DNA of 64,000 bases from IMG/VR virus record IMGVR_UViG_3300038393_001148; one strand, 5' to 3'. The notes under the pieces are model-generated. The model was given only the letters and a program-made list of their open reading frames with translations, had not been told where the DNA came from and did no database searches. Below are positions 10,375 through 19,839 of the stretch, piece after piece. Numbering within the stretch: the stretch's first letter is position 1; every line of letters begins with the position of its first letter. This DNA is from a virus. Taxonomy: Duplodnaviria; Heunggongvirae; Uroviricota; Caudoviricetes. The translations under genes were made by a program, and so were the position numbers.

Positions 10375-11036
10375 GGGGCGATCCGGTTATTCCCGACAAA
10401 CGCCGCTGCGGTATCTGGCATCACGTCTCCCCACAATTGTTCAATGGCATCGGCGTACTCTTGAATTTCGTAAATAGCATTGTCTTCGTTGCGAAGGCTC
10501 AGGAAATTCATTAGGCTGCGAGCGTTGATCGAGAAAATAAATTCGATGTAAAGGTTCATCGGCATGAACAACCTAGCTTGCTCTCGTGCAATCCCTCGAT
10601 CTATGGCTTCACAGTAAAGCTTGTACCCCATATCAGAGTATGCCTTGAGGCGAGCTTGTAGCCACTCGGTTTGTTCAGGAAACTCCTCAAAGGTATAAGA
10701 TCCTGGTTTCCCGATTTGTTGTCTCGCGAACTCTGGAAGATAAAAGTCGGGTCGAAGATCAACGTATCGAGCCGACTCGACGTTGTATGAGGCGATCCGG
10801 TGTCTCTTCCAATCCCAGAATACGAAGATGGGCGCGCGGACCCGGAACTTCATATAGTTGTGCTCAAAAGGGGTGCCGTGACGCTCGCGCATCAGGAACC
10901 GGAGGAGTTTTCCCTCGTTCTCCCCGTACTCCTGCGCTTCCTTGGCGAAGCTGACCTTAGCCGCATTGATGACCGAAAGATCGTCTGCGCAAGACGCGAT
11001 CAACTCTACGGATCCATGTGGCGGAAATACAATCAC
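10371..11036 (-). CDS. thyX: FAD-dependent thymidylate synthase
   Basis: HGTPFEH, RHRIASYNVESARY, AREQARLFMP, NARSLMNFLSLR. Confidence 0.95.
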   Translation of the reverse strand: MIVFPPHGSVELIASCADDLSVINAAKVSFAKEAQEYGENEGKLLRFLMRERHGTPFEHNYMKFRVRAPIFVFWDWKRHRIASYNVESARYVDLRPDFYLPEFARQQIGKPGSYTFEEFPEQTEWLQARLKAYSDMGYKLYCEAIDRGIAREQARLFMPMNLYIEFIFSINARSLMNFLSLRNEDNAIYEIQEYADAIEQLWGDVMPDTAAAFVGNNRIAP

Positions 11037-11260
11037 TCAGGAAACCTCAACAATATTGTCTTGCTGTTCTCTTCCAACTGTTCCTTGCGCTCTTGCCTAA
11101 GCTCTTTCATCCTTGCGATAGCCCTAGCTTGAGCCACTTCTTGATTGGATTCACACCCGCTGGCGATACACACCGCAGTATCAGCCGTACATAAATGAAC
11201 TGTCCACGTTCCATCGCTCGCAGCCCTTATCTCATATTCGCTTCTCCTTAGCCATGACAT
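11033..11260 (-). CDS. Hypothetical protein
   Basis: ATG overlaps the helicase stop (TAATG). Confidence 0.55.
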   Translation of the reverse strand: MSWLRRSEYEIRAASDGTWTVHLCTADTAVCIASGCESNQEVAQARAIARMKELRQERKEQLEENSKTILLRFPE

Positions 11261-12501
11261 TACTCTTCTACCTTTCCATTTAGCTTGATGCCACATGTCG
11301 AACGCATCATAACTTGGGCCTCCCAAGTCATGTCTCCATAATTTCGCGAGGTCAGCGTTCCCAAGTGTACTATATTAGACTTACGCATCTCCTTATTTGC
11401 CCATAGTCCTAGGACAAGCGTTCCGCATTCCTCCACCGCCGAGGAGCCCTTGATCTGCTGCATGTCGGGAAGGCCTTCGGCGTTCATAACCGACCGGTTG
11501 AACTGATGGACAACCCAAACCGGGCCATCGTCGGAGTAGTCACGGAAGCGATTGATGACCTCGAAGTAGTCCTTGGTGTCGTTGGTCGCTCCGATGGCGA
11601 TTCCCCGTTTGTTCTCTACATACTGAAGCTGATCTACGAAGATGCAGTCGGCTCCCGCATCGCGGGCACGCTGAATGAGCACATCTACTCCTCGCTCACC
11701 GTCTTGAGGCTTCTCGACCACGAAGTTTCCCCAATCCCTGAGAAGTTCGGAGGCTTCCTCTAGGCTCTCTTGGTCCTGAGGAGAGAGTTGGTGCTGGAGA
11801 TATTTCCAGTACGGAATCTGCGCGGCCATGCATCGCAGGCGCATGTCGGTCTCTTCAGCAGGAAGCTCCAACGAGTAGAGATATGGGAATTTCCCGTCCT
11901 TGATGTTCTCTAGGACTGCTCGAACCGTGAACCACGACTTAAACGATTTGGGAGCGCCGACCATGAAAGTCAGGCCTCGTTGTCCATAAAAGTAGTCGTC
12001 TAGGTCTTGGAATCCAAGAGAGGGTCCGCGCCCTTTGACTACGCTGGCGTGATAGCGCGACATCGCTTTTGCGTAATCTTCTGAACCAAAAGTCTTACCT
12101 CTGGGCGTCAAAATTTGGTAGAGCCGACGACCCTCGCTGAGCATCGCCTTGGCAAGCCCTTCCGGATCACCTATGTGAGTCTGAGTAAGCTCTAGGATCG
12201 CCTCCCGGCCTTTGTTATCCGCGTATCGCTGCCGGAGGCGCTCAATGAGATCTCCGATAGCCGCCTGGGGCTCAGTGATGTGAACGCCTACATCTTGAAA
12301 CTCATGCTCCAAAACTGAACCGGTGGCAGGCTTGCCATGCTCGCGTTGATGGGTAAGCTGAAATTCGTATGCAGCCTTGACTACCTCGTCCTCTAAAAGT
12401 TCTGGAGCAAGACTTTCATCACGTATAACTTGCCAAGAATCCGGGACCGCTAGATGCATGAGGAAGTCCCAATCGATGTCCAAGGCGAATATCTCAGTCA
12501 T
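11260..12501 (-). CDS. dnaB: DnaB-like replicative helicase
   Basis: Walker A GAPKSFKS, SLELP, FVDQLQ, VHQFNR and GSSAVEE motifs. Confidence 0.9.
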   Translation of the reverse strand: MTEIFALDIDWDFLMHLAVPDSWQVIRDESLAPELLEDEVVKAAYEFQLTHQREHGKPATGSVLEHEFQDVGVHITEPQAAIGDLIERLRQRYADNKGREAILELTQTHIGDPEGLAKAMLSEGRRLYQILTPRGKTFGSEDYAKAMSRYHASVVKGRGPSLGFQDLDDYFYGQRGLTFMVGAPKSFKSWFTVRAVLENIKDGKFPYLYSLELPAEETDMRLRCMAAQIPYWKYLQHQLSPQDQESLEEASELLRDWGNFVVEKPQDGERGVDVLIQRARDAGADCIFVDQLQYVENKRGIAIGATNDTKDYFEVINRFRDYSDDGPVWVVHQFNRSVMNAEGLPDMQQIKGSSAVEECGTLVLGLWANKEMRKSNIVHLGTLTSRNYGDMTWEAQVMMRSTCGIKLNGKVEE

Positions 12502-12677
12502 CGCATACGCCCAAACTTGATCGACAGACTAGTCTCGGCTCCCAAGAACATGTTGAACCCGGTTCGGTATTCACCCGGCGCATTTACGCGCCAAAACCAA
12601 ACTTCAAACTTGAAGAACGAGTTCTCGATGATGAGCACCCGCTGATCTTTTTGGTCCCAATGATTACGGACTTTCAT
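12498..12677 (-). CDS. Small hypothetical protein (59 aa)
   Basis: Manual translation MKVRNHWDQKDQRVLIIENSFFKFEVWFW...; overlaps both neighbours by 4 nt. Confidence 0.55.
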   Translation of the reverse strand: MKVRNHWDQKDQRVLIIENSFFKFEVWFWRVNAPGEYRTGFNMFLGAETSLSIKFGRMR

Positions 12678-13465
12678 GTTATAGGCCTTCTCTCATCATT
12701 CATGATTAGCTCTAGATCTTTCTTAGCCATCCATTCTTGTCGGGCGTCGGCCCCAGTCATCTCGACGCGCATCTGCTTGGCACTCAGCAAGGAATAGATC
12801 CTCGGATAGTGCTCCTCTAGTTCCTCCTCAGAGAGATTGGTCGTGATGATCGTAATGGCATTGTAATTGGTGCGGTTACGAATCACGCTCTCCAAAGCAT
12901 GAGAGATCGGAGCAAAGCCTTTGTCGGAGAAGGGTATCTGAAGCTCATCGAGAATAAGCACCTTCACCGATTCCAGCTTGGCCTTAACAACCTCATCCTT
13001 CTGCATGAAAGCGTTGACCATCTGGTTGAACGGCAAGAAGAACACCGTCTCCCTGCGCTTGATCAACTCCTTGCCGATAGTGGTAGCGGCGAAGGTTTTC
13101 CCGACTCCCAGACTCTTGCCGCCGAACTCCAGGCCCATGCCGTACAGTTTCATCCCCTCCCACTTGTCGAGGTAGATGCGTACGGCATCCTTGGCCTCCT
13201 GGGATCCGGTGAAGTCCCGCTCCCAATCGATCCGCATGTACTGATCTGGGATATTGGCTAGTAAATAATGCTTACGCAGCATCACCTGCTGCGCGCAGTC
13301 GCAGACATGCTCTTGACCCCCGTAGCGATAGGTCCCGCTAGGAAAAACCCCGTCCTCATCCCGACTATTGCCACACGTTGGGCAGGTGTCAAGATCGATC
13401 CCTGAGGGAATTGCCCGCGCCTGAACCTCGTCTGCTTCTAGGTCATTCAGATGTCGTAGCTTCAC
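12674..13465 (-). CDS. DnaC/IstB-like helicase loader ATPase
   Basis: N-terminal CxxC/CxC, GVGKT, LILDEL, TIITTN and RIYS motifs. Confidence 0.85.
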   Translation of the reverse strand: MKLRHLNDLEADEVQARAIPSGIDLDTCPTCGNSRDEDGVFPSGTYRYGGQEHVCDCAQQVMLRKHYLLANIPDQYMRIDWERDFTGSQEAKDAVRIYLDKWEGMKLYGMGLEFGGKSLGVGKTFAATTIGKELIKRRETVFFLPFNQMVNAFMQKDEVVKAKLESVKVLILDELQIPFSDKGFAPISHALESVIRNRTNYNAITIITTNLSEEELEEHYPRIYSLLSAKQMRVEMTGADARQEWMAKKDLELIMNDERRPIT

Positions 13466-14048
13466 TAACCAATACCGTTTCTAATACCTTAGCCAACCTT
13501 TCATCCGGATCTTCCGGAAGGGCTATGTACTGGACGCCCAAGGCTTCGGCCGCCTCAGGAATGTGATCATCAACCGCCGCCTCCCACTTGACATCATCTT
13601 CATCCTTACGCTCTTCGCTAAGCGGTAGATAGAAAACGTGATCGTACTCGAAGGCATCATGACGCATGATACCCATGAAGGTCATTGATACACTCGCACG
13701 ACGATCATTTTGAAGCTCTCTTAGCGTCAAGGCTCCATCTTCAGACCGATGTTGTATAAGAGCTTGAATGGCGTTGTATACCGTGGATTCCACAATGGAG
13801 CCGCAGGTCACGAGAACGTCAGGCTTCTTCGCTAGAGCCAAACGCTCGAATTCCCAACGCCCGATGGCCGCTTGCACGTTGCCGAGATAGGAGGCAAAAT
13901 GACCCAACGTATTGTCGGATCGATTTTCGATCTCTTCAATGTAATTATCTACAACTTCAACTTGCTGCTCCGACAAGGCTCCCACCAGTTGATGGGCTAG
14001 CACCGTTTTGCCGGATGACGGTGCCCCGATGAGCGCGATTTTCTGCAT
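13443..14048 (-). CDS. P-loop NTPase/kinase (NadR-type AAA_28-like)
   Basis: KIALIGAPSSGKT; YDHVFYLP. Confidence 0.65.
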   Translation of the reverse strand: MQKIALIGAPSSGKTVLAHQLVGALSEQQVEVVDNYIEEIENRSDNTLGHFASYLGNVQAAIGRWEFERLALAKKPDVLVTCGSIVESTVYNAIQALIQHRSEDGALTLRELQNDRRASVSMTFMGIMRHDAFEYDHVFYLPLSEERKDEDDVKWEAAVDDHIPEAAEALGVQYIALPEDPDERLAKVLETVLVSEATTSE

Positions 14049-14322
14049 TGTTCCTTTGCTCCACCATTTCTAAGAGGGTTACTGTGGCCTCGACCAGATA
14101 AAGACGTTCATCACTGATGCGTCCTAGCTTCGAAGCGATGCGCGCCATGAGGCGAATCTCGCCCGTGGTCAGACGACGATCTCCGTTTCCGTCGCGGGGA
14201 AACGTAACCAACCCTTGGCGCTCCCAGTGACGCAGGGTCACCGGCGACTTCCCCAGGAACCGAGCCAGGTCGGTTACTGTGAAGGAAAAGACAAAATTTT
14301 GTGGGTCGGTTGTGGTTTTCAT
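13957..14322 (-). CDS. MerR-type HTH DNA-binding protein
   Basis: FTVTDLARFLGKSPVTLRHWERQGLV...RDGNGDRR. Confidence 0.8.
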   Translation of the reverse strand: MKTTTDPQNFVFSFTVTDLARFLGKSPVTLRHWERQGLVTFPRDGNGDRRLTTGEIRLMARIASKLGRISDERLYLVEATVTLLEMVEQRNNAENRAHRGTVIRQNGASPSTGGSLVGAAS

Positions 14323-14528
14323 AGTTTCTTCTGTTCCCACCAGTCAGACCAGTTTTCCGGGTCTTGACGATTAAGAACGTGCTGTTTCAAAAACGATTGA
14401 AGAACATGTATTGCTTGAACGACTTCATCCGTGTTATAGGTAAGACGCCCACGCGGGTCCATGTCGTAGATGGCGTCCATAGCCGCCAAAATGGCCTCGC
14501 TCGCCCGCTTTTCACGCTCAGTCAACAT
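14319..14528 (-). CDS. Hypothetical protein
   Basis: 69 aa ORF in operon. Confidence 0.55.
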   Translation of the reverse strand: MLTEREKRASEAILAAMDAIYDMDPRGRLTYNTDEVVQAIHVLQSFLKQHVLNRQDPENWSDWWEQKKL

Positions 14529-15072
14529 CCATTTCCTCCGGTTTCGCCTTGCGTGGAGCTATAAGCCGAGGCTGGGGTCGGGGCATCGTTAGATAAGGGC
14601 GAAGCGCCTGTACCTGCTCGGGCGTGAGATCTTCCAGAGGCCGTAGCTCGCGGCGAGTGATCTCGTGAGTGATCGCCTCCCATAGCTCCGGTTGCTCCTG
14701 GGCTAGCCCTTGATCGTCCAGGGAAGGAGCGCCCTCCGAAATGGATCGCTTGTACACGTAGCCATCAGACCTGTTGATGTAGGTGAATTCCCTTAGCTCG
14801 GGGTCCTCTTCAAGAATAACGTGCCAGCCTTCCTCGTCCTCACGCACATCCTTGACAAGATGGCGATGAAAGAGGCGTTGAGCGATGCGCAAGGCCTCCT
14901 CCTCGGTTTCAGCCTCCACATGCTCAACGGACTGTTCCGGTAACTCTGATCCTAATTCCGTCGTAGCCAGTTCGAAGAATTCTCGCTTAGCCGCATCCTT
15001 CTCCTTCTCCAGCCTCTTCCAGCTACGATAGGCCTCACCCAACTTAGAAGTGGCATCATCTAGATTACTCAT
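14518..15072 (-). CDS. Hypothetical protein
   Basis: ORF from MSNLDDATSK. Confidence 0.65.
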   Translation of the reverse strand: MSNLDDATSKLGEAYRSWKRLEKEKDAAKREFFELATTELGSELPEQSVEHVEAETEEEALRIAQRLFHRHLVKDVREDEEGWHVILEEDPELREFTYINRSDGYVYKRSISEGAPSLDDQGLAQEQPELWEAITHEITRRELRPLEDLTPEQVQALRPYLTMPRPQPRLIAPRKAKPEEMDVD

Positions 15073-15514
15073 CGTGGCTCTCCCACATGGACCACATGGA
15101 AGGCCCATTACAACGAGGACAAATGCGATCTCGTCGTTGCTCCTCAGTGGGCTCTTCGGGGCCCTCCATTTCGTTCCATCCGCAGTGTTCTAAATGTGCG
15201 GTCTTTTGGTGTTTGCATTGTCCTCGATAATGATAGGACATACATTCGCATACATGTTGCTCAGAGCGATTAGCCCATGGGTTTACATGTACGACATATT
15301 CCTTATCCGGATCCGAAGACGAGGTTACGAGCTTTGGATACCAGCCGTCCAAGCTGCAACACTGCATTGCGGGAACGATGTTCATTCGGGGCCTCCTGTA
15401 GCCATCGAAATAACTTAGCACCCGACGCTTCCGCGCGGCACTGCTAGGCAATCTGTCATAGAAAGACAAAAGCCCGGCTAGAAACCGGGCCTCTGCCTCA
15501 GGAGGAAATACCAC
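15065..15514 (-). CDS. SWIM zinc-finger protein
   Basis: CECMSYHYRGQCKH plus C-terminal CPRC. Confidence 0.7.
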   Translation of the reverse strand: MVFPPEAEARFLAGLLSFYDRLPSSAARKRRVLSYFDGYRRPRMNIVPAMQCCSLDGWYPKLVTSSSDPDKEYVVHVNPWANRSEQHVCECMSYHYRGQCKHQKTAHLEHCGWNEMEGPEEPTEEQRRDRICPRCNGPSMWSMWESHDE

Positions 15515-15532
15515 GCTATCAAGCGGTGCAGA

Positions 15533-15850
15533 TTATTCGCCCGGGACCGTGGCCTCCACCGCGCCGAGCTTTTCGTTGACCTTGGCAGGCTTCCAAAGCC
15601 AGTGGTGGGCGGCTAGCGCACCAACAACCGCCGTGAGCACTAGCTGGATCGTCGGGTCATTCCAGCCGAAGACGTTCGTGTCGAGCGCTGTAAACAGGGC
15701 TCCGACCACGGCCGCTACCAAGACCTGAACAAAACCCTTCACACTTTCGCTTACCCAAGGACCAACGTGGTTTAGTACGTACGATACCAAAGGTGTGAGA
15801 GATCCTAGAATTAGAACAATAAGTTGCTTGTTTGCAAGAAGTAGATTCAT
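15533..15850 (-). CDS. Holin-like membrane protein
   Basis: Three hydrophobic segments in 105 aa. Confidence 0.55.
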   Translation of the reverse strand: MNLLLANKQLIVLILGSLTPLVSYVLNHVGPWVSESVKGFVQVLVAAVVGALFTALDTNVFGWNDPTIQLVLTAVVGALAAHHWLWKPAKVNEKLGAVEATVPGE

Positions 15851-16174
15851 TTAGTAACCTCCTTTCCGCCTATTTACCTCGCGCCCGCATCTGTTTGCAA
15901 GTAGACTTAATCTGGTTTCTCTCCACATACACACGCATCAGATTTTTCTTCCTATTAGGCCTATATTGAGCCGACATGCGCGCGTAGCACAGAGCGCTTA
16001 CGGGATCTTCTAGACGCTCTAGCCCCTTGCTCTCCCTCGTTTGATTTCATGGTCTGCCAGCAAGCGAGCTTTCCACTTCTTGGCTCCTCTGGGCGAGCAC
16101 TGAAGAGATACGAAATCTTTAACCAATCGGGAGAGTAAGTGGCTGTTGTAACTAGGGACCCTGAGGTTCCTACT

Positions 16175-17803
16175 ATGTCTCAATTTGCGGAGACGATCTA
16201 TAAGCAAAAGTACGCCTTCAAGGATGAGGTAGGTAATGTTGTCGAAACTTGGGCGGATACCGCTGATCGAGTAGCAAGCAATGTGCTTGCTGCCCTGGGT
16301 TACTCCGAGGACTCGTCAGAATTTTTTGCTATTTCTAGGCTAATTCGTCAGCGGAAGTTCATGCCGGGAGGACGTTATCTTTACGCTTCCGGAAGAGACC
16401 TTCATCAAACTCAGAATTGTCTCCTACTCAAGGCAGAGGATTCTCGCGAAGGATGGTCAGAGCTTCTTTACAAGTCATCAATGGCGTTGATGACGGGCGC
16501 AGGAATCGGAATTGATTATTCCGATGTTCGTCCTGATGGTTCCCCTATCAATAAGACAGGTGGACTAGCATCAGGACCTATTTCGTTGATGCAAATGATC
16601 AACGAGTGTGGAAGACATATTATGCAGGGAGGATCGAGACGTTCCGCTATCTGGGCTGGACTCAAATGGAATCACCCTGACTGTCCTACCTTTATTCGTG
16701 CTAAGGACTGGTCAGACGTTATCCGTGCTGAAAAAGAGAAGGACTTCAACTTTCCTGCTCCTCTAGATATGACCAACATCTCGGTCATTCTGGACGATGA
16801 ATTCTTTACTGCGTTTGATGACCCAAGTCATGAACAACATGAGTTGTCACATACTATTTATGATTCTGTCGTTAGAAGGATGCTTAAGACGGCAGAGCCA
16901 GGATTCTCGGTTGATACAGGCGATAACTCAGGAGAGACGCTAAGGAACGCCTGTACAGAAGTAACATCATCCGATGACTCAGATATTTGTAACCTCGGCT
17001 CCATCAATATGGCGAGGATCGACTCGCTGGATGAGTTCAAGGAGGCGGTACGCCTAGGAACGCTCTTCCTATTGGCGGGCACGGTTTATTCTCACCTCCC
17101 CTATGAGCAGGTGGCCGACACGCGGGCCAAGAATCGGCGGCTAGGTCTCGGCCTGATGGGGATCCATGAGTGGCTTCTCAAGCGCGGCTATGGCTATGAA
17201 CCGAATCGAGAGCTTCAGACGTGGCTTGAAGAATATGCGAAATCGACGGAGCTTGCCCACGCATGGGCGGACGAGCATGGGCTATCACGGCCGGTCAAGA
17301 CTCGCGCCATCGCGCCTACGGGAACCATCGGGATCATCGCCGAGACGACCACTGGTATCGAGCCAATCTTCTGCGTGGCATATAAGCGCCGGTACCTCGC
17401 GGACGGCAAGGACTGGAAGTTTCAATATGTCATCGATCCCACGGCCAAGCGGCTGATCGAGGACTACCAGATCGAGCCCGAAAAGATCGAGGATGCCTAC
17501 TCGCTGGCGTACGATGTAGAGCGCCGCGTAGCCATGCAGGCGTTCGTTCAACGCTACGTCGATCACGGCATTTCTTCCACGATTAACTTGCCGTACGTCT
17601 ACGAAGATGAAGCCGAGATCGAGGACTTCGGCAAGATGCTCATCGACTACCTGCCGGGGCTTCGAGGGATTACTTGCTATCCCGATGGAGCCAGGGGCGG
17701 GCAGCCCTTGACGGCGGTGGGGTATCAGGTGGCCGCTGGGCAGGAAGGCGTGGTCTTCGAGGAGGTCGAAGAACGTTGCGTCGGCGGTTCGTGCGGCATA
17801 TAG
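16175..17803 (+). CDS. nrdJ: Class II (B12-dependent) ribonucleotide reductase
   Basis: PGGRYL, GAGIG, NACTE, CNLGSIN, TRAIAPTGT, ISSTIN and C-terminal CVGGSC. Confidence 0.9.
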   Translation: MSQFAETIYKQKYAFKDEVGNVVETWADTADRVASNVLAALGYSEDSSEFFAISRLIRQRKFMPGGRYLYASGRDLHQTQNCLLLKAEDSREGWSELLYKSSMALMTGAGIGIDYSDVRPDGSPINKTGGLASGPISLMQMINECGRHIMQGGSRRSAIWAGLKWNHPDCPTFIRAKDWSDVIRAEKEKDFNFPAPLDMTNISVILDDEFFTAFDDPSHEQHELSHTIYDSVVRRMLKTAEPGFSVDTGDNSGETLRNACTEVTSSDDSDICNLGSINMARIDSLDEFKEAVRLGTLFLLAGTVYSHLPYEQVADTRAKNRRLGLGLMGIHEWLLKRGYGYEPNRELQTWLEEYAKSTELAHAWADEHGLSRPVKTRAIAPTGTIGIIAETTTGIEPIFCVAYKRRYLADGKDWKFQYVIDPTAKRLIEDYQIEPEKIEDAYSLAYDVERRVAMQAFVQRYVDHGISSTINLPYVYEDEAEIEDFGKMLIDYLPGLRGITCYPDGARGGQPLTAVGYQVAAGQEGVVFEEVEERCVGGSCGI

Positions 17804-17816
17804 CTCGAAGCAACGT

Positions 17817-17846
17817 TTGACAGGCAATGTTGCGTGCTGCTATCGT
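17817..17846 (+). promoter_or_regulatory. SigA-like promoter
   Basis: TTGACA-N18-TATCGT, 8 nt before ATG 17855. Confidence 0.6.
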
Positions 17847-17854
17847 GCTCGCTC

Positions 17855-18727
17855 ATGTCGATCACCGAAACCCCGGTGGTCTCCACGAACGGACTGATTG
17901 GGGACGCGAAGATTACGTCCCAGGTCCAGATGCCGGTCGTGGAGATCACCCCCGCCGTTGCCAAGCGTCTGCTTCAGGGCAACATTAACAACCGCAACCT
18001 GCGCAAGCGCAAGATCGAGACGTACGCGACTGCGATGAAGGCAGGTCAGTGGCGTCCCACGCGCGAGCCCATCGAGTTCGCCGAGGATGGCACCCTACTG
18101 AACGGCCAGCACCGTCTGCACGCCGTCATCGAGTCGGGTGTCACGATTCTGAATCCCGTCAAGCTCGGCGTGGATCCTCGCGAGCAGCTTGTCATGGACA
18201 CCGGCATGAGCCGGATGGCCTCCGACGTGCTCGCGATGAACGGGTACGAGGATGCAACCCAGCTTGCCGCTGCGGCCAAGATCCTCTACCTGTGGCGAAA
18301 CGCCCCCGGCATGACGATGCTCCGCGCCGGGTCCTCTCGGATCAACAACGAGATCGTGGAGGAGTTCGTGGAGCAGAACGCGAGCCTCACCGATAGCGTG
18401 AAGCTGGCGAAGGAGGCCACGAAGTCCTTCAAGCTTCTCCCGGCTTCCGTGATGGCCGCGCTGCACTACGAGATCCGAGGCAAGCACGGGCAGACCAAGG
18501 CCGACGAGTTCTTCCGCCAGTTCGCGGAGGGGTTCAACCTCCAGCCGGGATCCCCGATCCTCGCGCTCCGCAATGTCCTGCTGAAGTCCACGACGGCCTA
18601 CACCAAGCCGCCGACCGAGCTTCGCATGGCTTGGACGATCCACGCCTACAACAAGTGGCAGTCGGGCGCGACGAACGTCAAGATCATCAAGCACAGCAAG
18701 GCGATGGAGTTCCCCACCATCGACTAG
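17855..18727 (+). CDS. ParB/Srx-like N-terminal domain protein (NGQHR motif)
   Basis: ITPAVAKRLL..NINNR...GTLLNGQHRLHAVIES. Confidence 0.65.
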   Translation: MSITETPVVSTNGLIGDAKITSQVQMPVVEITPAVAKRLLQGNINNRNLRKRKIETYATAMKAGQWRPTREPIEFAEDGTLLNGQHRLHAVIESGVTILNPVKLGVDPREQLVMDTGMSRMASDVLAMNGYEDATQLAAAAKILYLWRNAPGMTMLRAGSSRINNEIVEEFVEQNASLTDSVKLAKEATKSFKLLPASVMAALHYEIRGKHGQTKADEFFRQFAEGFNLQPGSPILALRNVLLKSTTAYTKPPTELRMAWTIHAYNKWQSGATNVKIIKHSKAMEFPTID

Positions 18728-18743
18728 CCGAATATATTTCGGC

Positions 18744-18772
18744 TTGACGTTTCAGCGGGGACCTGCTATGCT
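18744..18772 (+). promoter_or_regulatory. SigA-like promoter at the head of the RNA island
   Basis: TTGACG-N17-TATGCT. Confidence 0.7.
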
Positions 18773-18977
18773 CCGTCGAGCGGAGTGGACCCCGTGCGTT
18801 GGGCGGGTCACTTATTTTGGGTGGCCCGCCTAGCATTAACCCTTAGAAAGAACTATGAGTACGACGTATAGAAATCAGCCTAAGCCGGAATGGATCGCAT
18901 CAGCGATGCACTTCGTGCTGCGCGGAGGCGATACCATCTAACCCGTCTTGTATTTCCATAGGCAAGGAAGCAAGACG

Positions 18978-19003
18978 GGACCGGCCACAAGCCGGTCCTT
19001 TTT
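18978..19003 (+). terminator. Rho-independent terminator
   Basis: GGACCGGC-CACAA-GCCGGTCC followed by TTTTT. Confidence 0.7.
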
Positions 19004-19007
19004 GTTG

Positions 19008-19081
19008 GCCCTGGTAGCTCAGTTGGATAGAGCAGCAGACTTCTAATCTGCCGGTCACTGGTTCGAGTCCAGTTCAGGGCG
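19008..19081 (+). tRNA. tRNA-Arg(TCT)
   Basis: Full cloverleaf, loop CTTCTAA. Confidence 0.92.
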
Positions 19082-19110
19082 TTGACGGGCGAATATTCTC
19101 GTGATATAGT
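19082..19110 (+). promoter_or_regulatory. SigA-like promoter
   Basis: TTGACG-N17-TATAGT. Confidence 0.75.
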
Positions 19111-19118
19111 CCGTCGAG

Positions 19119-19254
19119 ACATAGACAGTAGCCCAATGGGCCACTGGCGCAGCCGTCAATACGGCAGAAGGTGGCGTGGATCCAGGCATATATACCCTGG
19201 CTCTGCACGGCATCGAGTTGCTAAAGGGTCGCACCCGAGGCAGTGTGTCTATGT
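19119..19254 (+). ncRNA. Unclassified structured RNA A (136 nt)
   Basis: Closing stem ACATAGACA/TGTCTATGT, internal hairpins, own promoter. Confidence 0.6.
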
Positions 19255-19262
19255 AAGTCTTA

Positions 19263-19344
19263 GGCGGGATAGCGAAGCGGTCAAACGCAGCGGACTGTAA
19301 ATCCGTCCTCTCCGAGTTCGAAGGTTCGAATCCTTCTCCCGCCA
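19263..19344 (+). tRNA. tRNA-Tyr(GTA)
   Basis: Cloverleaf with long variable arm, loop CTGTAAA. Confidence 0.92.
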
Positions 19345-19348
19345 CTTT

Positions 19349-19608
19349 AAGCGAAGTCATACGGCGTGCCCCAAAGATGTTATTAGACGTGGCCCTATAC
19401 GGGCGAAGGACTGGGTGACTACCTTCACATTGAGTAAGGATACCCACGACCGAAAGGTAAGCGCTCTCGTCCCTGGCTCTCAACCAGGAGATTATCGGGA
19501 GTATTCAGTGGTGAAATTGGTATACACGCCAGCCCTATAAGCTGGTGCCTACGGGCGTACGGGTTCGAATCCCGTCTGAATGCAGCTAACGAACGTATGA
19601 CTTCGCTT
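19349..19608 (+). ncRNA. 260-nt structured RNA enclosing a tRNA-Leu-like body with a TAT anticodon (19501-19584)
   Basis: Perfect 15-bp closing stem AAGCGAAGTCATACG/CGTATGACTTCGCTT; embedded cloverleaf with loop CCTATAA. Confidence 0.65.
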
Positions 19609-19661
19609 TATCTTGCAAGAGGCTGGGAGCTTGCCTAGCGTGTTCACGGAAAAGCTCCAAT

Positions 19662-19747
19662 GCGGTTGTGGCGGAATGGTAGACGCGCTTGGTTGAGGGC
19701 CAAGTGGGATTTATAGTCCCGTGGAAGTTCGAATCTTCTCAACCGCA
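19662..19747 (+). tRNA. tRNA-Leu(GAG)
   Basis: Cloverleaf, long V arm, loop TTGAGGG. Confidence 0.92.
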
Positions 19748-19759
19748 CTTATAGTCTTA

Positions 19760-19834
19760 GGAAGTGGCGTGAACGCACGGGGAAGTAAGGGCGAGCAGTG
19801 GGCTCGTACCTGCTTTTACACAAAGAACGCTTCC
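19760..19834 (+). ncRNA. Small structured RNA candidate
   Basis: Ends GGAAG..GCGT/ACGCTTCC pair; nested hairpin GCGAGC/GCTCGT. Confidence 0.35.
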
Positions 19835-19839
19835 GCTCT

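Noticed and set aside
105-15418. Plus-strand ORFs across the minus-strand replication module
   Set aside because: Antisense to well-supported genes; long stop-free shadows are expected at this GC content
18942-18979. SRP (4.5S) RNA domain IV, suggested by GGAAGCA
   Set aside because: The 5' CAGG strand and GNRA tetraloop of helix 8 are absent
19101-19112. Group I intron S element (GATATAGTCC)
   Set aside because: No matching R element (GACUA) at a plausible place; the string is explained by the -10 box TATAGT of a 17-bp-spaced promoter
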